DNA of 64,000 bases, taken from the NCBI RefSeq assembly GCF_035084215.1, contig NC_090340.1, positions 3,658,001 through 3,722,000 of the forward strand. The letters are read 5' to 3'. The notes beneath the pieces were generated by a model. That model was not told the origin of the DNA and searched no databases. It worked only from the letters and a program-made list of their open reading frames with translations. Positions 50,185 through 61,899 of the stretch are shown here, piece by piece (position 1 is the stretch's first letter; each line of letters begins with the position of its first letter). Position numbers and translations under genes: made by a program. Source of the DNA: Heptranchias perlo (Eukaryota).

Positions 50185-50358
50185 TTATGTGATTTTTGTT
50201 TCGGTGTAGATGGTCTTTGCTGTTCCTCTTTGGGCTTCTATTGGTAACTGCGCATAGACTGAACTATTGACCTTTCGTTTAGGCTTTTCTTTTTTCTTGG
50301 ATTCAGCCAATTCCAGCGCAGCGTATGTCAGATTGTTCTCTGCTGTCCCTTGCTTTGT
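50185..50358 (-). CDS. Gene A exon 7: terminal cytoplasmic exon with ITIMs
   Basis: cgttttacag|TKQGTAENNLTYAALELAESKKKEKPKRKVNSSVYAQLPIEAQRGTAKTIYTETKIT*; LTYAAL and SVYAQL fit (I/V/L/S)xYxx(L/V). Confidence 0.88.
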   Translation of the reverse strand, partial: TKQGTAENNLTYAALELAESKKKEKPKRKVNSSVYAQLPIEAQRGTAKTIYTETKIT

Positions 50359-53300
50359 CTGTAAAACGATCGTTAGGGAATACCATCAGTACATGGCCAG
50401 TGTTATGAGTCAAAGTAACAATCACAAGTAAGAAAGCCAACACGGAATGCGATTTAAATATACCAGATTAGCAAAACAATATAGTGACTCCGCTACCAGG
50501 GTGACCCGTTTTTTATGTTGCCTACCTGGGCATACACAGTCCTCTCCTCTTGATACTTGGCTCTTGCAGTTTTCATTGACCTGGTCAAATTTAATACAGC
50601 GTAAGGCGCTGTCTCATTCGCCGATCCCTGCACAGATCGCAAAGTAATGCATATTATATAGTTTATTCATTACATTTGTGACATTGTAGCTTATTGATTA
50701 CTCATTGAACCCAACGGTCAGTAGTACTAAATCCGGAGATGGAAAGTGAAACATTAAAGCAAGTTTTTACTCTTTCAATAATATAATAGGATATAATTAA
50801 GGCACCATATATAATAATTTACTCTCACGATGTGGACTACGGTCATATTATAACTAAAGTTGTTACACAAGTTACAATTTAGTAATTGCTACGTGTGATA
50901 GCACATAGGCCTAATGAAACCTAAATACTTTGAGGCGCATGTACCCGCGAGTTTATAGTTTACTTGTATGTTGTTGCTAATAACTACATCAGCATTATAG
51001 TATGTACATCATGTCTTTCGGAAACGATTTCAAAATGTAGCAAACTAGATTTAATACATGTAAGAGATAAATTGAATTTAGACTTTTCTCGCTGAAATAT
51101 GAAAGAAACAATAATTCTGTATTTTAAATGGTCTGATGGTTTCTATTCAGTAGCGAAATAACGAATTTCAGTCCAGCGGATTAATCGTACGAAGAAAGTA
51201 TTTCATGCTTAACCTCACTACCCATTTTCACTTTACACGTCAAACGCGGTAGAATGAATGATAAGAACCTACCGGAACTTTGGGGTGCTGTGGTCGCTCC
51301 ATGACATCCCTTGTTCCTGGTAATGAATGGCATTGGAGATTTCCTCATCAATTATTTGATATATCATTCTCCATGATTCCAAATCCATTTCAGGCAGGCT
51401 TAATGGACAGTCCAACTTTATGCTCAGTAACACAACCTAAAACTTCCTCGATACCTAAATCTATTCAATGTTCACTCTCAAATACCCATCCCCCGATTTC
51501 GTGAAATTACTGGGTCTTAATCGAATCTGATCCCACGGGGTCTAGAGCCTTCCTATTTTGACGCGTAATAAACTTAATGTTTGAGCCTAGAGGATGAGTC
51601 TTATCAGTTTACTTGACGGGAAAACGCACCACATCAGGTCCAGCCGTCCACTCACTTCCACACAGGTAATATACCTGCAGAAATAGGTCACAGCACTTTG
51701 ATCCGAAACAATACCCATTGTCCTATCCTCTGTTAAGAGGTAAAAGGCGATTCGACTGCCTCATCGCTTTGGGACAGATTATTAAATTCAGCGCATAAAA
51801 TCTGCTGACCCATCTCCCTGGCTTCTATCACCAGTAGCGCACCACGCCATCCATTTACACTAGAGAAGAAAGAACTCATATTTAAACAGCGCCCTCCACT
51901 GCGCTAAAACGTCCCAAACAGATTCACAGCCAATGAAGTGCTTTTGAAGTGCAGTCACTGTTGTAATGCAGGAAACGCGAGAGCTGATTAGGTACAGCAA
52001 GTTTCCACACACAGCAATGTGATCAATAGGGAATTAAACTGTTTTACTGATGTGGATTGGGGGGTAAATGTTTGGCAGGATACCGAGGGACCTTTCTTCT
52101 TCTTTCGTAAATAGTGTCATGAGATTTATTACTTCAACCTCATAGAGCAAACGGAGTCTCGGGTTAATGTCTCATCCGAAAGCAGTCCGTCAGTGTTGCA
52201 CTGGGGAGTGGGCCTAGTTAATGTGTTCATGTCTCTGAAGAGGAACTTGAACCCACGGCCTCGGACTATGAGATGAGAGTGCTACCGCTGAGCCAAGGCT
52301 GAAAGCAATTTATTTTATCGCCTCCCGAGGCATCTTCACTTGATCAAGAATATACTGAAGGACACGTGGAACTGATGTTAACTGGATTCTTTCCTACCTT
52401 TGCACTTGATCAATGGACATTGCTTCCCAATGATTATCACGAGAAATACAACTAAGATGCCAACTCCTGCGGATCCATAGACTTGTATGTACCATAATAC
52501 ATTGTCACCTCCTGCAAAATAAATGTCACTTATAACATTTCAAGTTGTACATTGTGACAAAGTGTTCTGCAGTCCCACAGATCAATATCTCTTACCAACC
52601 CTATGAACAGCTATTTCAATGTGTTGGTGTCCCACAGCATGAGGAGACAATTAAAACATTTAATGAGTCATTTTCTCCGTTCTTTAAATGGCAATTTTAT
52701 TAAAAATTCAGAGTTTTTAGTTACCTCCATTCGGTCTCTGTGCATTGCGGAATACGCTGTGTTCACAATGACACGGATAACAATTGGCAATTCTAATTTT
52801 AGGTGTTGTTTGGACGAAGCGACAGTTTATTTCAGGCATGTATGTGCAGTCATATTAACCTTCTTATATTTCCTTTTCCATTTTCAGTCGTTACCTTTAT
52901 TTAAACTATTTAAGCGAACTTTTCTATTGCGTGAAGCGTAACAGTTTACCACAACCCACCAACTCCCCCCACCCCCCCACCCCCCACACCCCCCACCGAC
53001 CAAACATTATTCAAGACGATTATGGCTGGTTTAAAATTCTTATATCACTTGTTACATTATCCCAGTTAAAAATGAGTTCGATATGGAGGGTGATTCTAGA
53101 TCGGTCGCCAATTGTTAGTGAACCAGTTGGGCTGATGAGAAATTCGGCCAGCTTCATGGTTACTTTTACTGAAAGCAGCATTTTGTTTCCAGATTTTTCT
53201 TTCAACTGCCGTCCAATTCTCAAACTACCATGCCGAGATCATTAGTCCATGCTCTGGATTTCTGTTCCAGTAACATAACAATTATACTACCGTACCTCTG

Positions 53301-56300
53301 CTCTCCATTGAATAAAGTACAGTACAAAGACCCATTCGCCAACAGGCCTGGAACTGTCCCATTCATCCATGTCCTTGTTCCTCTGAAGAGTTCTAACCCA
53401 TCAATGCACTTTTAACGGACTGTGGACGGAATTGCGCAAATGCCACATACCGTCCATGACTTTAACTATCAGTCTTGGCTCAGTGGCAGCACTCTCGCCT
53501 CTGAGTCGGAAAGTCATGAGTTGAAGTCCTGCTCCAGAGCCGTCTGAACATCATTGGACCTATATCGTCGCTGGGTCATAATGCTCGAAACTCTACCTTA
53601 CAGCATTGTGGAAGCAGTTTCACCACATGGACTCCAGCGGTTCAAGAAGAAGGCCCACCCCCACATTCTCAACGGTAACTAGGGATTGGCGATAAATCAA
53701 GGCCTTGCCAGAGACGCCAATATCCCGAGAATGAATTGAAAAAATCTAAGCTGGAACTTCCATTTAGTTAGAAGATGTTGTTTGCATTTGTGAGAATTGG
53801 TTCTTACCTCCAGTACTGGTAGAAAAGAATCGGAAGTCGGCTGCCGTTTGGACGGTGAGGTGAGATACCTGGCAGGTAAAAATAGTCCCACTCTCCACAG
53901 AGTCTGCCTCTTCCAAAAAGCTGGACACTTCATAGAGACCTCTTGCATTCAGCTGTTTGACTGTGTTTATGCCGGTGTCAATGTTCACACCATCCTTGTA
54001 CCAAGTAATATTGATATTATCTGGGTAAAACTCCGCAGTTTTACACACAACAATCAGAGAAGCAGATGTGTTCCTTTCAGCCTCATTGGCGGCAATATGC
54101 AGTGGGGTTGGGGGAACTGTATAGCAAGTTACAGAAGAGGTTAGTACCTACTAGGATCTTTCGGAACGTCGGAAGTTATTCTATTTCTACTAGATCATAG
54201 TCATTGCGATATTAATAATTTATACACATCAAATGGCATGTTCATTTATGGAAACGTTGGGTGAATTTTCAACTTTCTGTCTGGGTGGAATGCAGGCGAA
54301 GCGGATCAATCACTCGGCGTCGAGTTGAAAATCTACCCCATTAACTTACAGAATACAATTTCTAACGAGACACTGGCAAGCTAAGCAATGATACCTTATA
54401 TATCAATGCTCGAAAAAATATAGATGGACGATAGAAATGTATGGAGGGTCATGAAATCACTGTAACAAATACATCTCTCAACATAACTCGCAATTAAGAA
54501 CAAGTAAAAAGGGGTTCAATTGTTAATATGGTTTGCAGTAGTTCGCATTTTGACGTTCTAACTTTTTAATTTTAAAGAATGATCGATTCACGATCAAATT
54601 GCTTTAATACTGTATATATTAAAAAAACAGATTGAAAACCATTCATCTCAACTGGAATATTTTGAAAAGTTGTCAGAAGTTTAGTAACTTCCGAGGCAGT
54701 TTTAGAACGTTAGAGAGGATTTTGAAGTAGTTATTGGGAACAGTTTTGGAAAGGTTAAGTTGAAATACAGCTAAAGGTAGTTGAACAAGAGAGGTAAAAG
54801 AAGAACATAAGCTGGAAGAAAGGGAAAGCTGTACATAATAGACAAACAGGAAAGGTGCGGGGGACTCGTCGTAGAGGGACCCAATGATTAAACCAGAATG
54901 CTGCAGAGTGAGAGATATAACGCTTTGAATTCAACAGTTAACTTGTCACCTAAGCATACATGTTATTCGTCATGTTCTCAGTCAAGAGTCAGGTTTAATA
55001 GTGAACGTCTACCAGTCGTCCTCCCTAAAATACATTCTACTCAGTTAAACCCAGCAAATGATGTTCCATCGTCGTAGTGAAATGAGATTTATTGCGCTCC
55101 GTGTGTTGATTTAAATATTGTTTATCTATGCTAATATCAATAATGTATTTGTAACGATATTAATGTATCAGTAATGTTGAACCTCATATTCGTTACAAGT
55201 TGCATCTTAGTAGAAGCAATTAAATAAAATCATCAATGGCAAATATGTGTCACGATCAGTCCTTGGTAGCATTATATTTAAATGTCACTTTACTGAACGT
55301 TATATTGCAGTGCTGTCCATTCCAAAATGTTAATTAATTCGGAACGTCTGTACATGAAGCAAGGCATTGAATAAGAATTTAAATGTAACTTCCAAAAGAA
55401 ACAATGCAAACTCGTGGATGCCTCACACGTGGATCATGATAAAATATTAAAAAGCAGCCGGTACCGTTTTTTATTTTGTTCGCTTTCCAAGTTTGTGAAA
55501 TAATTTCAGGTACAAATTCCACTTACCGTGGATAAGAAGTTTTGATCCAGTTCCATTAGCAATCCGACCACCCGGATATTTCACTCCGCAGTGATAAACT
55601 CCAGAGTCCTCAGCACTGACATTCAGGAACTGAAGACAGGCCTCACCTTTCTTCAAATGAATAAATCGTTTTCTGCTGTTTGAACCTAACTTTAGAAACT
55701 CATTTTCGCCGAGTTTCCACCAGTAAACACTCACATTTGAATTATCTTGAAAAAGAGGGAACTCACATTGAAAAGTAATGTTTCCACCTGCGATCACCTG
55801 AGCACTTTCAGGGGCTTGGAACGCTCTGATCTGCGCATCTGCAACAGCTGTGAGAAAACAAATGCAGCAACAATTATATATATCGCACACACACTGCTTG
55901 CGGACAATAATTATCAATCTTTGGTAGTAAGAAGCATTTGCAGATGATTCAATGTAATCTTTGAGGCAACAATGTATGATATGACAAGCCTTAGCTGTGC
56001 TGTCTGTAATTAGTTGATTTTACTCAGTGAAATCCGTAGCATTTATTGTGCCTTATTTTCCAATTTCTATTTTCAAAGTAACCTGATATGTAGCGCAGAC
56101 CACACCTGTAAATGTAAGTTGTACATGCCTTCTCTGACAGATGTTGAAGGTCAGATGGATCAAACATGGAGCAGATCAACTGAGATTTGGCTGATACAAA
56201 GCAGGGATTAGGTTCTTGAGGTAACTCCGGGACGAAAGGACTTCATTGAAAGATTTTTCTTGTATTATGTTCATGTGCCCTGGCAATACATACGATCACC

Positions 56301-57649
56301 ATATTCACTTTGACAATCGTCTCGTGGCACTGATCATAAATTATGGACTATAACCCTCACGTCTTTCTCCCACGAAATATCCTTGAGCATACCAGCCGGC
56401 ATCGTGCATAAATGGGGTTGTCTCTATCCAAGTGCATGTCGCTATATGCGTCCATATTAAAATATATCTACCAGACACGATTCATTATTTCATTGAATCC
56501 AATTTGGTCTGCAGTCGAATTTAATTTTATCTAAGTTCCTTATATCCGCACATATGTTCGTGCAAACTATATATTTGCATATAGCTTCCATTATGCCTCT
56601 GCCCAAATAGTGGATACATAATGCAATGGTCCTTGCATTAAGCCATTAATAACTCTCTTCTGTGCCCTGAATGTAACAACCCAATCAAAATCCGCTTGCT
56701 GATCCTCCAAGATCCAACCTGCGTTAGTAGCCTTTTATGCAGAATTCTAGCAAACTATTTTAAAAAGTTTAAATTCACAATATCAAAATGGCTTCTATCA
56801 CCTTCCAAATTTGTAAATTATTGGAAAAATGCAAGCAAGTTGTTGAGACAGAACCTTCTTTTTCAGAAGACATGCCTAGATTCCCTAACAAACCATTCTC
56901 TTTTAATGTGATAGTACAGCGCATATCTAATGATCCTATAGTTTCGAGGTTCTCACTTTGTGCGATTTGACATAGAGGTACGACATGGCCCCTCACGGAT
57001 CCATGGGAACAATCCCACACAGGAAAGAACTGTTAGGTATGTGTGCAAATGGCTAATATAACATCATCCACATTTATTGGAACACACTCGGGTGAATGCC
57101 TTCAGGGCCAGCATAGCGATCAGATTTACCACACTAATTGCAGCAAGGACTGCATCCGTATGCAGATCAACAGGTTCAATTTTAACATCAGCCTCATGTT
57201 TTATTATTGGTAAAACGGCATCAGTGTCAGCAGGGAAGACAAATGCAAAATAACCTTTTAAAACCCCTGTCAGATGCTAAGACCCTGCTGAATCTGCCCA
57301 GGCGATCGTTCAATTGCCTTGTCCATTCTTTGATGAGCCTATGATGTTTAACATAGCTGAAAAAGAACTTGCTTTGCTACCACGACTTTTCACTATATTT
57401 TTACTAGTGTCCTTGTGGCTACTCATTCAGCAACTTGTATTTTCCCTAATGCCCGAACCTCGGGGCTTACATAATCTTGGATTTGTGAACGAAAAAAAAA
57501 ACAATAATAACAAGAAACAACTAAAAAACATACCATAAAACACAAGAGATGAATAGAAATGTAGAACACAGGGAAATACCTGTATATGTAATCTCCAAGA
57601 CCAATATCCAGGGAAGTATAAACATGTTTAGAAATAGAATTGACTGCAT
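50185..57649 (-). CDS. Gene A (whole span): non-rearranging VJ-C1 IgSF receptor, inhibitory type, 7 exons, 377 aa
   Basis: join(complement 57649-57580, 55847-55527, 54116-53808, 52511-52398, 51316-51273, 50627-50526, 50358-50185) = 1134 nt, open frame, all GT-AG, intron phases 1,1,1,1,0,0. Confidence 0.85.
50526..50627 (-). CDS. Gene A exon 6: cytoplasmic exon with ITIM/ITSM-like motifs
   Basis: tctgtgcag|GSANETAPYAVLNLTRSMKTARAKYQEERTVYAQ|gtaggc; phase 0-0. Confidence 0.82.
51273..51316 (-). CDS. Gene A exon 5: short juxtamembrane cytoplasmic exon
   Basis: cattcattaccag|GTRDVMERPQHPKVP|gtaggt; the only open phase 1->0 candidate I found between the TM exon and exon 6. Confidence 0.65.
51865..52303 (-). 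mobile_element. tRNA-derived Deu-type SINE (intronic)
   Basis: Minus-strand head tcagccttggctcagcggtagcactc...gggttcaagttcc (A and B boxes), conserved core and tail ending in tatgagttctttcttct. Confidence 0.75.
52398..52511 (-). CDS. Gene A exon 4: transmembrane exon, uncharged
   Basis: tttattttgcag|GGDNVLWYIQVYGSAGVGILVVFLVIIIGKQCPLIKCK|gtagga; phase 1-1. Confidence 0.88.
53469..53745 (+). mobile_element. SINE tRNA head followed by a LINE 3' tail fragment
   Basis: tcagtcttggctcagtggcagcactc..gttgaagtcc, then ttcaagaagaaggcccacc..gggattggcgataaat as at 25550-25610. Confidence 0.6.
53808..54116 (-). CDS. Gene A exon 3: C1-set Ig domain
   Basis: cttgctatacag|VPPTPLHIAA..LIVVCKTAEFYPDNINITWYKDG..GLYEVSSFL..FTCQVSHLTVQ..STG|gtaaga; FYP and CxVxH are C1 hallmarks. 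Confidence 0.93.
54258..54340. mobile_element. Small MITE-like element with terminal inverted repeats
   Basis: gggtgaattttcaact ... agttgaaaatctaccc; similar termini occur elsewhere (36217, ~37220). Confidence 0.45.
55527..55847 (-). CDS. Gene A exon 2: V domain with J-like G strand in the same exon
   Basis: gttttctcacag|AVADAQIRAFQAP..GGNITFQC..VYWWK..LQFLNVSAEDSGVYHC..NGTGSKLLIH|gtaagt; DxGxYxC motif. Confidence 0.95.
56330..57480 (-). mobile_element. Highly degenerate CR1 LINE in intron 1 of gene A
   Basis: Colinear similarity with the CR1 RT region at 4900-6100 (e.g. tctagcaaactatttttaaaaagt..ttcacaatatc). Confidence 0.5.
57580..57649 (-). CDS. Gene A exon 1: signal peptide MQSILFLNMFILPWILVLEITYT
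   Basis: ATG at 57649; hydrophobic; ends ACAG|gtattt in phase 1. Confidence 0.8.
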
Positions 57650-59164
57650 GCTATGGGTAGTCGCCAATCTCTGATAGTTTGCAAACACTGGCTTACTCAG
57701 GACACGATTCGAACGGAGAGATGATGACGCATGCGGCTCAAACTGTGCTGTCAGAACGGAAATTTGGTTAAGAGATAAGATCTGTGCACGTAGTTATGAG
57801 TTTATGGTGAGCTATAACTTCAACACAACAGTTTTTAATACCAAGGCTGTAGCAGCAGCAAATATCTTTAAGGAACTAGAAGGATCCCACCTTTGATGGA
57901 ATTCATTTTCTCGACAAAAAGTCAACACGATTGGCTGATCTCATACAGCGCCATATGTCTTCATGTACATTCAACTAACTTTAAGACAAAATGATAGCGA
58001 ACCGCCATCAATACAGCGAACGGCAGTCTCAGACTTGACGCTCAATTACAATACACAAAACAGCGCAATAAATAATGTCAGTTCTGCTTGGCATTGCGTT
58101 TAATGAACATAGACCTTTGTGAGTTTGTGTTTAGCATTTTGCGGTCTGTCTGTTTCCGTCCTGAAGAAATAAATTGAGTGTCATGTCTCGCTGATTTAAC
58201 AATAAGACGGGCCATATAATTCATAAGACATCAATTGATTCATTTCAGCGAGCGGGCCAGAAACAGCAAAGTAAGAACGATACAAATATCCAAAAAGTGC
58301 TAAGAAACTTCAGACATTGTGTGAAGGCGTACCAGTGGAATTTGAATCAATAAGTATACAGGTGAGTAGAATTAATCTGCTGTTTAATTGAAACAATATC
58401 TCAGCTTTTGAATATATGTTGAAGGATTGTGTAGAATAGTTCCAGGCAATAACTACATGCGTGTCTACACCATGTGTTGCAAACACAAAGCGTAGGTTTA
58501 GTGTCTGAACTGCCGGTACACGGAAATGCACGAATAAAGCATTGCCTTTCTTTACCCCGAGGCTTATGATTAAATCCACATTCAACAATTCAATCAAATA
58601 AAGCAGAAACCGCAATTCAGTTGAGGCCCAAAAGGTCACCTACTTCTTGTTCAATGTATGGACGGCCAGACCTGCAAATGTATTTTATTCGGATGCGTGA
58701 ATAGCAGGCACCACAGTTTAAAACTACGACTGTTGCAGATGAATTGTTTCATGTTCTTAACCAAATATCTTTTTTTAACCTGCATCATGGTTGTAATGTC
58801 GTGTTGTTATTAAGTGTGAAACAAACTGGCAATCATACCAAAGATCAACAGTCAAAGAGCTATTACATTTTCCAATACATTGATCGACGTATTATCACAT
58901 TAATCAATCTGTACTTTATCCAACAATCTACTTGATCAAGCACGGAATCATCCCCACAAGGCAGTAAATTTGAGAGAAATGAGCCCATTCAAGGTCTCAC
59001 AACATGTTCATTGAAAGATCATTGTAATTAAGATATTCGAACATCTGGACAAAGATTCCTCAGTTTTAAGAATGAACTGGCCCTTTGTGCCTCTGCCAGC
59101 TCTTTGAAAGAGCTATCCAATTAATCCCAATCCCGTACTCTTTCCCATACTCCTGCCAAAATTC

Positions 59165-60375
59165 CCTTTGCAAGTGATTTATTTGGATTTTCAGCAGACC
59201 ATTTACAAAGTCCCACATAAGAGGTTAGTGTGCAAAATTAAAGCACATGGGATTGGTGGTAATATATTGGCATGGACTGAAAAATGGTTAACAGACAGGG
59301 TACAGAGAGTAGGAATAAATGGGTCTTTTTCGGGGTGGCAGGCGGTGACTAATGGGGTACCGCAGGGATCAGTGCTTGGGCTCCAGCTATTCACAGTATA
59401 AATCAACGATTTGGATGAGGAAACCAACTGTAATATTTCCAAGTTTACTAAAGACACAAAATTAGTTGGGGTCGACAGATGTGAGGGGGATGCAAAGAGG
59501 CTTCAGGGCGATTTAGACAAATTGATTGTGTGGCAAATACATGTCAGATGCAGTATAATGTGGATAAATGTGAAGTTATCCAGTTCGGAGGGAAAAGCAG
59601 AAAGGCGGAGTATTGCTTAAATGGTGGCTGATTGGGAAATGTTGACGAACTTCGGGACCTGAGTGTTCTTGTGCACCAGTCACTGTAAGCAAACATGCAG
59701 GAGCAGCAAGCAGGTAGGAAGTCAAATGGTATGTTGGGCTTCATTGCAAGAGGATTTGTGTACAGGAGCAAGAATATCTTGCTGCAGATATGCAGGGCCT
59801 TGGTGTGACCACACCTTGAGTATTGTGTGCAGTTTTGGTCTCCTTACCTAAGAAAGTATATACCTGCCATAGAGGGAGTGCAGTGAAGGTTCACCAGTCT
59901 GATTCCTGGGATGGCAGGACTGTCGAATGAGGAGAGATTGGGTCGACCTGGCCTGTATTTACCCAAGTTTAGAAGAATGAGAGGGGACCTCATTGCAACA
60001 TATAAAATTCTGACAGGGCTAGATAGACCGGATGCAGGGAGGAGGTTTCCCGTAGCTGGGGGGTCCAGAAGGAGGTGTCACAGTCTCAGGATACGGGGTA
60101 GGACATTTAGGACTGAGATGAGGAAACATTTCTTCACTCAGAGGGTGGTGAACCTGTGGAATTCTCTACCACTGAAGGTTGTGGAGGCCAAGTCACGGAA
60201 TATATTTAAGAAGGAGCGAGATAGATTTCGAGACACAAACGGCATCAAGGGGTATGGGGAGAGAGCAGGAATATGGTATTGAGATAGAGGATCAGCCATG
60301 ATCATATTGAATGGTGGAGCAGGCTTTAAAGGCCGAATGGCCTACTCCTGCTCCTATTTTCTATATTTCTATGTT
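59165..60375 (+). mobile_element. CR1 LINE RT and 3' end, nested in an older antisense CR1 3' fragment (59085-59165 and 60376-60780)
   Basis: IYLDFQ..KVPHKRL..GVPQGSVLG; FFTQRVVNLWNSLP; tail tttctatatttctatgttt. The flanks join into a sequence matching 44200-44730. Confidence 0.88.
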
Positions 60376-61899
60376 TACCCAATTCCGCTTTGATAGTTAC
60401 TATTGAATCTGCTTCCAGCACCCTTTCAGACAGTGCATTCCCGATCAAAACAACTCATTGCATAAAATATATCTCATCTCGCCTCCAGTTCTTTTGCCAA
60501 TTATCCTCGATCTGCTTCCTCTGGTTTCTCCTTATTTACTCAATGAAAATCCCTCATAATTTTGAAAACATCTATTAAATCTCCCCTTAAGCTTCTCTGC
60601 TCTGAGGAGAACAATTCAACCTTCTCTCGTCTCTGCACATAACTGAAGTCCTTCACCCTGGTATTATTCTGGTAAATCTCCTTTGCCCCATTTCCAAAGC
60701 CATGACGGCATTCCCAAAGTGTGGTCCCCAAAATTTGGCACAATAGCTAATGCCTAACCAATGATTTATAAAGGTTCAGATTAGGTTCAGAACCACGAGG
60801 AATTTAAACATATTTATTAATCAAGAAACTAAGAATTCCTGATTAAATGAGAAATTAGCTTCTTAGAATAGAGTAATGTCACAGATCTGTATGCATCCTG
60901 GCCGAGGCTAATAAATCGCGACAAGATACATGATAACTACGTAGTGATTGCAAACCAGGTGCATCACATTTCTGGTAATGTGAATTTAACAATAGTTGGG
61001 CAATAGTAAAAGTTGCTGGGAAATTGTTATGAGGGTTTAGTGGGGTAATTGGCACTGACGTCAAAATCGTAATAATCCAGTCAGCTTGAACTTAAAAGTA
61101 ATGATGAATAGGATTTTGCCAATTTACTTATTATATGGATGGCAAAGCAACTGCCATGCCTTGAAAAAAAAAACAATTCTGTTTATATTTCGCTGCTCCG
61201 TGGCTGATTTGATACTTCGGATTAAGCAACTTCATCACAGATTCGAAATTAGATCTTAGGGCGCATTTAAAGGCAGTGTTGGTGTCCTGTCGAACAGTTT
61301 GGCCTTAGTTTCTATCCGAAGCCTGCGTTTTCTAAACTGCGGTTTAAGGCCTGAACCGTTCGGGCGCCAAGTAGGGTGACACACTCATTATCACCATACT
61401 TTGCTATAAGGTCAGGTTTGGTCGTGAATCCAAAGTAAGCACTTTGGACCGATTTCCCAGTGTGGCCTGTGTCCAGGGCCTATAGCCAATCAGCCAGTTA
61501 CACAGCAGCAGTCAGGCTGCCTCAGGATGTAAGAAGTTCAGAGCTCCGTTGCCCCGACTTCCGCCATGGACTCTCCAATCTGAAAGTGTCTAGAGAAAAG
61601 TCTCAATCCCTGTCTCTTCGTGATAACCTTGCAAATGGTTGCTCAACAGCCGAAGCCACAGGAAGATGAGTTGAGGGCAGGTACATCATATTCTGACGCA
61701 TTGAAATCCGTGTATTACAGGTACACGTCATGTTTTCCCCATCGGGTAAGCCGCAGAAATCCCTGGCTCCGTAGAGGAGGTAATTCCACGGGTATAAGCC
61801 ATTATTCGTGACTTTGCAGTGTGGGAATGGGCGTTCGCTGGGGGCTGATCGCAGAATTATTGGCCAAACACTAAATTTTGCTTTCTGGTACGATTGTTT

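Noticed and set aside
51611-51674. Alternative candidate for gene A exon 5
   Set aside because: Contains in-frame TGA codons in the required phase; 51273-51316 fits without stops.
52230-53540. tRNA-like sequences at ~52230-52303 and 53469-53540
   Set aside because: They are SINE heads with degenerate A/B boxes, not complete cloverleaf tRNA genes.
42300-55530. Rearranging TCR, Ig light-chain or IgNAR locus
   Set aside because: V and J-like sequence are in one exon ending at a splice donor, no RSS heptamer was seen there, and the ITIM tail and TM sequences do not match TCR or Ig.
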